In this document: positions 55,547-64,000 of the stretch, one piece after another | How positions within the stretch are numbered: position 1 is the stretch's first letter | How the letters are laid out: every line of letters starts with the position of its first letter | Assembly (NCBI GenBank): GCA_021817145.1 | Contig: JAKAVV010000006.1 | Span: 83,087-147,086 of the forward strand | Reading direction: 5' to 3' | DNA: 64,000 bases | Source of the DNA: a bacterium | GTDB taxonomy: Bacteria > Vulcanimicrobiota > JABDET01 | The notes under the pieces: generated by a model | The model's database searches: none | The model's input: only the letters and a program-made list of their open reading frames with translations | Told to the model about the DNA's origin: nothing | Program-made: the position numbers and the translations under genes

Positions 55547-55636
55547 CAGCTTGCAGTGTAAGAACATTCAATTTGAACAGTTTATTATCAAGTGTTCACA
55601 TTTTTTTAATGGATAAAGATTTTATCTTGGGTTATA

Positions 55637-57259
55637 ATGACTCTTAAGACAGAGAGACGCCGAGAAAAGTTGGAGGATTGTATGGAACTAAAAAGATTAT
55701 TTTTGGGGAAGTCACTGCTTAGGCATCAGTCTCCTTTACCTCTAAAATCTGAAAATGGGATTGTAGAAGTTCGGCTTCCGAGCCAGCCTCGTGGAGTTTC
55801 TTTTTATGTGGCGGGAAATATTATTCCAGGACTTTCAAATGAATATACAATTGCAGTGAATCCTGAACATCCTGAACAGATTGCTGTTTCAGCGAATGAT
55901 TACAGCAGTCCAGGAAATGAACCTCAAGGGTATGTTGAGTCCAGTCAAGACACTGCGCAGAATTTTGTCCGATATAAAGTTCCTGAAAATCCGCGAACTC
56001 TTTGGCCAGTGAATGGGGATATGATTTTAAGGCCTAAACCAGGAGGAGGATTTTATGGTTCAGAAATGGCTTTTGCCTTTACCCCTCAAGATAACAATGG
56101 AATGAAAGTTTTTACGGTTAATCCTGATGGGAGTATTGATCCTAAAAGTGTCAAATGGGTTGTCAGACATTCTGGAACTGGGAATTCCAAGTCCTTTGAA
56201 GATAAGGATAATCTAGCAGTTGATCTGGATCCAGCTAGTAAAACTTATGGATGGAGAATTTTTACCAATACGCAATTTCATCCCAATGGAACCAGTCAAA
56301 TTAATCTTTATTTGATTGATCCTGAAAATCGCATTTCACAGCCTGTCAATATTACGAATCAAACGAACCAGAATGAAGTTCAGTGGTCTGCTCCTGTTTT
56401 TGGAAAAGGAGGGAGCATGGATGTGGCTTTTCGAGATTATAACACAGGCTGGATTTGCGATGCGCATTCACCAGGAGTTAATCTTTCCGCTCTAGCTGAT
56501 TCCTGGAAAGGGAAAATTCGAAAGTTTGTCAATTTTGGCAATTCAATGGCAAATAAACAGCAGAATTTAACTTTTAAGCCTGCTAAACCAATCGCTCCTA
56601 TTGTAAAACCGGTTGAAGAGTATTATCAGGAAAAGTATGGACCAGATTTTAGAGTTTTGTCAGCCCCTCAAATGGTGAGTAATCCAGCAGATGGGAGCCT
56701 TTATATGGTTTATGATGATGCGAAAAGCGGAAAATCCCAAACCTATTTGGTAAAAGGGGATGGGGAAGGAAACTGGAGCAAACCTTTAGCTGTTGGAGGT
56801 TCTGATATTGACCATTGGATGTCATCTGCTGCTGTGGATTCTAAATCTGGGATTGTGGCTGTGACCTATCGCGCTCTGCAGAGCGATGGGAACACCTATA
56901 TTCGGGAAGGGGTTCTTTCTTTTGATGGAGGAAAAACATGGACTGACCCTATCAATTTAAGTTATCATCCTTCTTTAAGAATGCAGGATGGGTTTCAAGG
57001 GAAGTTTGATGGGGATTATGAGGAAACAGGGATTGGCACAAAACAAGATTCACAAGGGAACACAATTTTATATCTTTATGCTCCTCATCAAGAAACCCCT
57101 TATGGAAAAGATGCCAGTGTGGCTTCTCTTCGTATTGGAACCCTTGTGGCGGATCTGCCAAAGCGGCTGCTAGAACAGGCAAAAAATGGAAATCAAGCCG
57201 CATCTGCGGCTTTAAGCGCAATCATAAAAGTTGGCGCTGAAAATGCGTCAGCCATCTAG
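55637..57259 (+). CDS. BNR/Asp-box beta-propeller protein (sialidase-like)
   Basis: SNEYTIAVNP, SFDGGKTW Asp-box, FDGDYE; likely start 55682. Confidence 0.7.
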   Translation: MTLKTERRREKLEDCMELKRLFLGKSLLRHQSPLPLKSENGIVEVRLPSQPRGVSFYVAGNIIPGLSNEYTIAVNPEHPEQIAVSANDYSSPGNEPQGYVESSQDTAQNFVRYKVPENPRTLWPVNGDMILRPKPGGGFYGSEMAFAFTPQDNNGMKVFTVNPDGSIDPKSVKWVVRHSGTGNSKSFEDKDNLAVDLDPASKTYGWRIFTNTQFHPNGTSQINLYLIDPENRISQPVNITNQTNQNEVQWSAPVFGKGGSMDVAFRDYNTGWICDAHSPGVNLSALADSWKGKIRKFVNFGNSMANKQQNLTFKPAKPIAPIVKPVEEYYQEKYGPDFRVLSAPQMVSNPADGSLYMVYDDAKSGKSQTYLVKGDGEGNWSKPLAVGGSDIDHWMSSAAVDSKSGIVAVTYRALQSDGNTYIREGVLSFDGGKTWTDPINLSYHPSLRMQDGFQGKFDGDYEETGIGTKQDSQGNTILYLYAPHQETPYGKDASVASLRIGTLVADLPKRLLEQAKNGNQAASAALSAIIKVGAENASAI

Positions 57260-58004
57260 ATTCCATTCAGGCATAACTTTGATTGAGGTTATGATCGCGA
57301 TTGCCATATTTGCTATTTTTTTAATCTCATTTTGGGAAGCGCCAAGGGCTTTTCATGAGTTTCTAGAGCAGAGTCAGAATCAAAAGGTTTGTTTGATGGC
57401 AAAACAGGCTTTACTGCGCATTCGTTCAGCTTCGAATTTGCCACCTGAAATTTTTAGAGTTCCTGCCGATAAAAGTGTGTATTTGAGTCATGTTCCTGTT
57501 CCAGGTTCAGTAAGAGTGTATTTTAATGGTCATAAAATCAAAACGCAAGATTTTTCCTATGAGATAGGTGGGCGTCAAATCCGTTTTTCTTCCAGTATGA
57601 TCGGAAAAACCGTGGTTGTGAACTATGCTGTCCCTTTTTTAGATTGGGAAAAAATTGCTGTGGTTCCTTTCAAAAAGTCTCATCGAATATATTTAAAGAA
57701 TATTCCTGTTTTAAGAGTTGTTTCTATTGAGAGGGCTGAAGGAAATCGGCTTCGGGAACTTTCTCCTCGGCAGTATCAGGTGAATCTAAAAAAAGGTTTT
57801 ATTGATTTTCCTTATCTTGGCGGAAAAGTGGTGGTTGTTCATTATTATGGGGGAAAAATCAATGGTTATCTGTCTGGAGCTTTTACTTCTGCAAATTTAG
57901 AAGTTAAAACTTTTGTTCCTACACCATGGAAATTCCTTCAATTAAGAATTATAAGAAAAGGGGGGAAAGATTGGATCAAATTTTTTACTGTAAAAAGAAG
58001 TTAA
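57231..58004 (+). CDS. Prepilin-type minor pilin with two internal beta repeats
   Basis: SG|ITLIEVMIAIAIF; likely start 57243. Confidence 0.8.
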   Translation: MALKMRQPSRFHSGITLIEVMIAIAIFAIFLISFWEAPRAFHEFLEQSQNQKVCLMAKQALLRIRSASNLPPEIFRVPADKSVYLSHVPVPGSVRVYFNGHKIKTQDFSYEIGGRQIRFSSSMIGKTVVVNYAVPFLDWEKIAVVPFKKSHRIYLKNIPVLRVVSIERAEGNRLRELSPRQYQVNLKKGFIDFPYLGGKVVVVHYYGGKINGYLSGAFTSANLEVKTFVPTPWKFLQLRIIRKGGKDWIKFFTVKRS

Positions 58005-58420
58005 AAGGGTTTACTTTAATTGAAATGATCATTACTGCCGGTATATTTTTTCTTGTTTTAAGCAGTATGCTGAGCCTAACCTTAAAAAGTTATCGCTTTT
58101 ATACAATCATTTTAAATAGGGAGAAAACTTGGCAGAATTTAGAGATAATGAGATTTAACATTGAAAGGATGGCAAAGCTTTCTTCTTCAGCCTTTATTAA
58201 TTCTAACAATCATGGAGTACGATTTTATCAAAAAGGTCAACCAGTGGAAGTTTATTTCAAAAATAATTTTCTTTGGGTGAAAAGGGGAGGGAAAGTTTCA
58301 AAATTTCCGAGTTCGAAAACTCCTCTTGAACAAGTTGATTTTGTTTTAGAACAAGGGTATTTAACCTGCCGCTTGAAAGCAGAAAAGATGAGTCAGTATT
58401 TTGAGGTCAAAATGCCGTGA
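57926..58420 (+). CDS. Prepilin-type minor pilin
   Basis: KG|FTLIEMIITAGIF. Confidence 0.8.
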   Translation: MEIPSIKNYKKRGERLDQIFYCKKKLKGFTLIEMIITAGIFFLVLSSMLSLTLKSYRFYTIILNREKTWQNLEIMRFNIERMAKLSSSAFINSNNHGVRFYQKGQPVEVYFKNNFLWVKRGGKVSKFPSSKTPLEQVDFVLEQGYLTCRLKAEKMSQYFEVKMP

Positions 58421-58629
58421 ATAAAAAGGGTTATGCACAAGGTTCTCTTCTGATTTTTGTTTTAGAGATTGTTACTTTCCTTACTATCCTTTCTTTTTTA
58501 CTGACAACCATCTATCTGTTTTCTAATTTTCAGCTTAAACAAGAAGTTAAGAGAACCCAGACTGAAATTTTAAAACATTCGGATCTACCGTATTTGCAGA
58601 GAGAAAAGGTTCTAAAAAGGAAGATGTAA
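58417..58629 (+). CDS. Small PilX/GspK-like N-terminal helix protein
   Basis: MNKKG + hydrophobic helix; overlaps the previous stop (GTGA). Confidence 0.55.
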   Translation: MNKKGYAQGSLLIFVLEIVTFLTILSFLLTTIYLFSNFQLKQEVKRTQTEILKHSDLPYLQREKVLKRKM

Positions 58630-58630
58630 A

Positions 58631-59809
58631 ATGGATCTGGGAATTTTTATCTTGGAATTTATCGGGTTCCTTTTCCTTTTGTATTTTTTCTATCGGGAAC
58701 AAGAAGCCCGTTTTGAATTTTTTTCTTTTCTCCTTGAGTTTTTAAAAAGGAATCTTTCTCTTCCAGATGCTGTAGATGCTGCAGCAGACAGAATAAGCCC
58801 ATCTTTATTGAAACAGCAGCTGTTTAACAAGGTTTATCCTGAAGTAAAAAATGGCAAATTATTGGGGGAAGCTTTGAAAAAAACAAGAGTAACCTGGCTT
58901 TTAATTTTCACTCTTATTTTAGGGGTTTGGTCAGGGTTTGGGCTCTTCTTTCTCCCTTTTGTATTAGGAATACTTTTCCCGAAACAAGAATTTGATTTTT
59001 TATCCAAGGCTGAAAAAAATGGTTTTCTTATAGAAGGGCTTGTTCTTCTTCAAGTAAAACGAAGCGGAGGAGGCAAATCTCTTGTTTCTGAGACTTATTC
59101 TATTGAATATTATGTTGGAGTTCTTATTATGCTTTTCCTTGCCAGCACTTTTATTGTGGGCTGGATTATGCCTACCTTTGTCAATCTTTTTGAAGGAATG
59201 GAAATTCAGCTGCCTTTTATCACCTCTCTTTTTCTTGCAGCTGCAAATTTATCAATGTCCCCTGTTCTCCTTTTTGTTCTGTTTCTGATATTTTCACTTC
59301 TGGGTGTTTCGCTTTTTACACCTTTTCTGGATTTTATTTTGATTCGAATTCCGTTTTTAGGAGAATTGATTCGATATCGAGAATTTTCTAGTTTAGCAAA
59401 TGGGCTTTCCACTGCCCTTAAGAAAGGGGCTGATTTAGATAAAACACTCGATTTTGCTGGTTCTTTGCTCAAGAATGCGGTGATTCAAAAGAGGTGGATG
59501 GAAGCTGTAAAAAAGATTAAAAAAGGGAAGACTTTTTCTGATGCCATTCAAGAAGCCATGAATCCTCCTGGATTTTTTTTTTGGATGATGAGTGTTGGTG
59601 AAAAAGCGAATCTGCTTCCAGAAGCGCTGCATGAGATTGCTGATTATTATTCGGAAGAAGTTTCTATTTTGATGCACAAGATTAAAAATCTCGGAACCGT
59701 TATCGCAGCTCTTTGTTTGGGAGCAGTGACAGCTTTTTTTGTTTTCTCTGTTTTTCTCCCTTTTATTCGTTTGGAAACCTATATGATGAATCATGTTGGA
59801 GGTTTTTAA
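58631..59809 (+). CDS. Type II secretion F family protein (atypical)
   Basis: LSLPDA, MPTFVNLF, VGEKANLLPEAL..IADYY. Confidence 0.85.
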   Translation: MDLGIFILEFIGFLFLLYFFYREQEARFEFFSFLLEFLKRNLSLPDAVDAAADRISPSLLKQQLFNKVYPEVKNGKLLGEALKKTRVTWLLIFTLILGVWSGFGLFFLPFVLGILFPKQEFDFLSKAEKNGFLIEGLVLLQVKRSGGGKSLVSETYSIEYYVGVLIMLFLASTFIVGWIMPTFVNLFEGMEIQLPFITSLFLAAANLSMSPVLLFVLFLIFSLLGVSLFTPFLDFILIRIPFLGELIRYREFSSLANGLSTALKKGADLDKTLDFAGSLLKNAVIQKRWMEAVKKIKKGKTFSDAIQEAMNPPGFFFWMMSVGEKANLLPEALHEIADYYSEEVSILMHKIKNLGTVIAALCLGAVTAFFVFSVFLPFIRLETYMMNHVGGF

Positions 59810-60848
59810 AGTGAATCAAGAACAGCTTTCTATTAAAGAGATTGTCCAGATTTCTCGCCAGTTAAGTTACTGTATCAAACTTTCGGTTCCTCTGCCTGAA
59901 GCCTTGAAACAGATTGAACAATCCTGTCCTGATAAAAGATTGGCTCAAATTTTAAAAGAGGTCTGTGATAAGATAAAAAAAGGGAAAGGACTTGGAGAAA
60001 GTTTTACGGGATATACTCACGGTGTTTTTCCCAAACTGCTTTCCTTCGGAGAAAAGCAGCATCAGCTTCAAAAAGCTCTGGTGGAAGTGATTTCACACTA
60101 TGAAGCTCAGGATAAATTGGAGGAGCAGATTAAGACAACTCTTTTCTATCCTTCCATTGTTTTTGTTGGAGCTTTGATATTATGGAGTTTCTTTGTTTTT
60201 TTTGTGTGGGGCAGAGTGGCTCCTTTTATTCTCCAACTGCCTCTGCCTTTATGGTTAGCCGATTTTTATAAACTGGTATCGGTCCTGGACACCCGGATTG
60301 TTTTCATTCCTCTTTTATTTGTTACAGCGATTTTTCTATTTTATGTCTGGAAAAAGAAGCTGTTTTATCCCATTTTTCTTTCTTTTTCATTTCTTTACCC
60401 TTCCCTTCGGAAAATGTATTTAAAAGCATGTAAAATAAAAATTTACAGAGTTCTCTCCCTTTTATTGGGGATGAATTATCCTCTTAGAAAAGCGATTGCC
60501 TGCGCAAAAGAAGTATCCACACTTCCCGAGTTTTCCACTGAACTTTCAGAAATAGATAGAAAGGTTGCAGGGGGTTCATCTCTGCAAAAAGCCATCTCTG
60601 AATCTAAAGAACTGCATACCTGGTTTTTAGGGACTGAAAATGACTCTGGTTCTCTTGTTCAGGATCCAGCAGAAGCTTTGAACTCTGCCAGTGAACTGCT
60701 CGAAAAAGAACTTTCTTTAACCTCTCAGATTTTTCTCGCTTATCTTGAGCCTTTTATGATTGCTGCAGCAGGAGTCGTCGTTCTTTTCGCCATTTGCGCT
60801 TTTTGGTTCCCTTTTTATCATTCAATAACTTATTTTTCAGCTCCATAA
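59793..60848 (+). CDS. Type II secretion F family protein
   Basis: RQLSYCIKLSVPL, GEKQHQL, LFYP, YLEP. Confidence 0.85.
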   Translation: MLEVFKVNQEQLSIKEIVQISRQLSYCIKLSVPLPEALKQIEQSCPDKRLAQILKEVCDKIKKGKGLGESFTGYTHGVFPKLLSFGEKQHQLQKALVEVISHYEAQDKLEEQIKTTLFYPSIVFVGALILWSFFVFFVWGRVAPFILQLPLPLWLADFYKLVSVLDTRIVFIPLLFVTAIFLFYVWKKKLFYPIFLSFSFLYPSLRKMYLKACKIKIYRVLSLLLGMNYPLRKAIACAKEVSTLPEFSTELSEIDRKVAGGSSLQKAISESKELHTWFLGTENDSGSLVQDPAEALNSASELLEKELSLTSQIFLAYLEPFMIAAAGVVVLFAICAFWFPFYHSITYFSAP

Positions 60849-60866
60849 ACTGGTTAATGAGAAAAC

Positions 60867-61928
60867 ATGGATAGTTTTAAAAAAATTGAGCAGCCTGATT
60901 CACTCAGTCTAATCGAGGAAAAAGCGCTTAAGTTTTCTCCGGATAAAATGGAAAAAGATCCAGAGTTTAAAGATTGGCTGGAAAAAATGAGCTTGGACGA
61001 TTTTGGAAATTTGCTGCATTTTTGTTTTTTTCTGGCAGTTTTCCAAAGAGCGAGTGATTTGCATTTTAAACCGTACGGGAATAAAGTATCGGTTTTACTT
61101 CGGAAACAGGGGGAGCTGCAAGAATTTTTCTCGTATGACATCGAATGGTATGAACCTCTGCTTCGCATCCTTAAAAACTGGAGCAATCTTCCCAGTTACA
61201 AATCTGGAATCCCTCTTGAAGGCAGACTCTGCTTCCCATTCCATTCAAAAGAACTGTTTGTAAGAACTTCTATTTTCCCAACAGTCCTTGGAGAAAAAGT
61301 CGCCTGCCGCATCTTGAATTTTAGGGAAAATCTCCTTTCTTTGGATGAGTTGGGAATGGAAGATTCTACCAAAAATTTCTACACTGAAATTTTGCGGAAA
61401 AAAAAGGGGATGGTTGTGATTTGCGGGTCGGCAGGAAGCGGCAAAACCACCACCCTTTATGCTTCTCTTCTCTGGCTCCTTCAGCAGTCAAGATTGAGGC
61501 AGAATATCTCAACTATTGAGGATCCTGTTGAGTTTATTATAGAAGAGTTCAATCAAACTGAAGTCAACCCATTTATTGGGCTTACTTTTTCACAAGGGCT
61601 TCGGAGTATTTTAAGGCAGGATCCCAATATTATTGCTGTTGGAGAAGTAAGGGACTCAGAAACAGCCCTTATGGCTGTTGAAGCAGGACTGACAGGACAT
61701 TTGATCTTCACAACACTGCATGCCCAGGGGACAAAACAGGCATTGACACGACTGCAGGAATTTGGGGCATCCTCTTCCACAGTTTCTATGGCTGTTACTG
61801 CTGTTTTATATCAGGAACTTGTTCCTAAACCCTGTCCAGAGTGCAAAAAAGAAGGCTGCAGTTTTTGCGGCTTTACAGGGCAGAAAGGGCTTACGGGAAA
61901 ATTTGAGCTGCTGGCTTTACAAGATTGA
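60867..61928 (+). CDS. Short GspE/PilB-family assembly ATPase
   Basis: ASDLHF, GSAGSGKTTT, EDPVE, LRQDPN..VGEVRD, TGHLIFTTLHA, CPEC..CSFC. Confidence 0.93.
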   Translation: MDSFKKIEQPDSLSLIEEKALKFSPDKMEKDPEFKDWLEKMSLDDFGNLLHFCFFLAVFQRASDLHFKPYGNKVSVLLRKQGELQEFFSYDIEWYEPLLRILKNWSNLPSYKSGIPLEGRLCFPFHSKELFVRTSIFPTVLGEKVACRILNFRENLLSLDELGMEDSTKNFYTEILRKKKGMVVICGSAGSGKTTTLYASLLWLLQQSRLRQNISTIEDPVEFIIEEFNQTEVNPFIGLTFSQGLRSILRQDPNIIAVGEVRDSETALMAVEAGLTGHLIFTTLHAQGTKQALTRLQEFGASSSTVSMAVTAVLYQELVPKPCPECKKEGCSFCGFTGQKGLTGKFELLALQD

Positions 61929-62458
61929 GAAGGTATGGGCAAGCCATCGAAGAAAAAGTTAATATGACTCAGAAAAGGAGCTTTTTTTGGGTTTTATTAT
62001 TTTTAACTTTGATCTTGCCCTTTTATGCTTTTGCTTTTGTGAAAAGGATAAAATATGAAGGGGAAAAATGGACTCTTTACATTAACTCTTATCACAATTT
62101 TTTCCTTTTGGGTCCGTGGGGGAAAAAGGCTGTTTTAATTGATCACCCTGTAAATCAGGCTTGGGGATCTGTTGGTTCTTTTGGGCTTGTTCTAATTTAT
62201 CGAAAAGGGGTTCAGTTCCGCTGGAAAATCGTATCAGGTTATAATGGGAAAGAAAAGGATGGCGGTCTTTTATTTTATGAGGGTCCTGACACTGGTTTTG
62301 TGAGGAGGATACAGATTTATCCTAGACTCCAAGGAGCTCTTGTAAAAGTTGTTTTTAACAATATTAAAGCCTTTTCAGGTGAAAAATATATTGTTTATTA
62401 TCTAGACACTCACAGTCACAAAACCATTATGAGAGAAGGGTTTATGAAGAGATCTTGA
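61925..62458 (+). CDS. Hypothetical exported protein
   Basis: Signal-like hydrophobic segment; continues the operon. Confidence 0.55.
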   Translation: MRRYGQAIEEKVNMTQKRSFFWVLLFLTLILPFYAFAFVKRIKYEGEKWTLYINSYHNFFLLGPWGKKAVLIDHPVNQAWGSVGSFGLVLIYRKGVQFRWKIVSGYNGKEKDGGLLFYEGPDTGFVRRIQIYPRLQGALVKVVFNNIKAFSGEKYIVYYLDTHSHKTIMREGFMKRS

Positions 62459-62569
62459 TTTTATCTGTAAAGAAGTGTGGAATTTTATCCTTCCTTATCC
62501 TGTGATGCTGATTCCCAAAATGCTGATTCCAAAAAAGGAAGAGGTGAAACTTTGTAAAATTGTCAAGTC

Positions 62570-64000
62570 ATGGCAAATCTTGAGTGGGAAAGCACGGATC
62601 GGATTTTACAAGAAAAAAGAGTTTTTTATCCGGATGAAAAGCTGGTTAAAGAATCCAATATCATGCAGTACATGAAAGCCAAAGGGTTTTCTAAATGGGA
62701 TGAATTTTATGATTGGTCTTTAAAATATCCCGAAATCTTTTGGAAAGAGATGGCAGAAGAACTCTTCTGGTTTAAACCCTGGGTTCAGCTTTTGGATTGG
62801 AGATTTCCTTATGCAAGATTTTATGTAAATGGGAAAACCAATATTTGTTATAATTGCCTTGATCGGTATATAGGAACCCCTGTCGAAAATAAGATTGCAA
62901 TCTATTGGGAAGGGGAGGATGGATTATCGCGAAGCACGACTTATAAAGAATTGTATGTTCAAGTCAACTCCCTGGCTATTGCGTTAAAGAGATTAGGAAT
63001 AAAAAAAGGGGACTGTGTCGGAATTTATATGCCTCGTATCCCCGAAATTTTTACGGCTATGCTTGCCTGCGCTCGAATTGGAGCTGTCCACTCTGTCGTA
63101 TTTTCCGCTTTTACCGCTAAAGCATTACAGGAGAGGCTGGAGGATGCAGAAACTAAAATTGTGATCACAGCAGATGGGTATTTTTACCGCGGGAAAAAGG
63201 TTCCTTTAAAATCAGTTGTGGATCAAGCGGTTCAGAAATGTCATTCTGTGAACTATACGATTGTGATGAAAAGAGCCAATATAGATTCTCCTATGCAGCA
63301 GGGGAGAGATTTCTGGTGGGATGACTTGATTAAAGAATCCAGTGGAACAGTTCCTTGCGAAGAGATGGACAGTGAAGATCCTCTTTACATTCTTTATACC
63401 TCAGGAACAACGGGTAAGCCTAAAGGGGCGGTTCATATTCAGGGTGGATACATGGTGGGAATTTATGCGACTTTAAAATTTATTTTCGATATTAAACCCC
63501 AGGATGTTTGGTGGTGTACTGCTGATCCTGGGTGGGTTACAGGGCACAGCTATGTTGTTTATGCTCCTCTTCTGCACGGAATATCCACTGTTTTTTGGGA
63601 AGGAGGAATGGATTACCCAGACCAGGGAATTTGGTGGAAGTTAATTGAAAAATATAAAGTGAATATCCTTTATACAGCTCCAACAGCGATTCGAGCTTTA
63701 ATGAGGTTTGGGGATCAGATTCCAGCGAAATATAATCTTTCCTGTTTAAGGCTGCTTGGAACTGTTGGAGAACCAATCAACCCTGAGGCATGGATCTGGT
63801 ATCGAAAAGTTACGGGTGGAAAACTCCCCATTATGGATACGTGGTGGATGACAGAAACAGGAATGCAAATGATCAGCCCTCTTCCTATAACCCCTTTGAA
63901 ACCAGGATCTGCAGCCCATCCTTTTCCAACCATAAAAGTCAGTGTGGTGAATAAAGAAGGAGAACCTGTTCCAGAAGGTCAGGGAGGGTATTTAGTGATT
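62570..64000 (+). CDS. acs: Acetate-CoA ligase (3'-truncated; missing from the ORF track)
   Basis: Hand translation MANLEWESTDRILQEKRVF...; NICYNCLDRY, YILYTSGTTGKPKG, WCTADPGWVTGH, VGEPINPEAW, DTWWMTETG. Confidence 0.93.
   Translation, partial: MANLEWESTDRILQEKRVFYPDEKLVKESNIMQYMKAKGFSKWDEFYDWSLKYPEIFWKEMAEELFWFKPWVQLLDWRFPYARFYVNGKTNICYNCLDRYIGTPVENKIAIYWEGEDGLSRSTTYKELYVQVNSLAIALKRLGIKKGDCVGIYMPRIPEIFTAMLACARIGAVHSVVFSAFTAKALQERLEDAETKIVITADGYFYRGKKVPLKSVVDQAVQKCHSVNYTIVMKRANIDSPMQQGRDFWWDDLIKESSGTVPCEEMDSEDPLYILYTSGTTGKPKGAVHIQGGYMVGIYATLKFIFDIKPQDVWWCTADPGWVTGHSYVVYAPLLHGISTVFWEGGMDYPDQGIWWKLIEKYKVNILYTAPTAIRALMRFGDQIPAKYNLSCLRLLGTVGEPINPEAWIWYRKVTGGKLPIMDTWWMTETGMQMISPLPITPLKPGSAAHPFPTIKVSVVNKEGEPVPEGQGGYLVI

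Noticed and set aside
62475-62675. 66-aa ORF and other short ORFs at the right end
   Set aside because: Out-of-frame shadows of the truncated acs gene starting at 62570

Overview
AT-rich (roughly 38-40% GC by eye) bacterial chromosomal window, mostly accessory and envelope genes. The left edge is the 3' part of a more GC-rich DUF1998/DUF559 helicase-nuclease gene, probably the edge of an island at tRNA-Ser(GGA). That tRNA carries a 176-bp tandem duplication of its 3' end with a nested-palindrome insert. Next come DUF885, an orphan GspG-like pilin, a GT4, two Hsp20 genes and a tightly coupled MFS-GNAT-LuxE-(LuxC::PaaK fusion)-PaaK operon with no luciferase, the best candidate for an uncharacterised small-molecule pathway. 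It is followed by a ~1.3-kb element with four AAAWTGGACT sites (outer direct repeat, inner inverted repeat) around a Zn-ribbon/HTH (DUF6431-like) ORF, then a GmrSD-type nuclease and a GlmL-like ATPase plus partner without a mutase. Several scattered type IV pilin/T2SS modules are present, one led by a BNR/sialidase-like gene. The rest includes mrp, two acetate-CoA ligases, a cyclase-STAND-TPR protein, HU, purF/purN, an S53 protease, a two-component system, hisC/hutH, nth, tRNA-Gln(TTG), glyS and TonB. No rRNA, CRISPR array or intact DDE transposase was seen. All family calls come from motif recognition by eye; no database was run.
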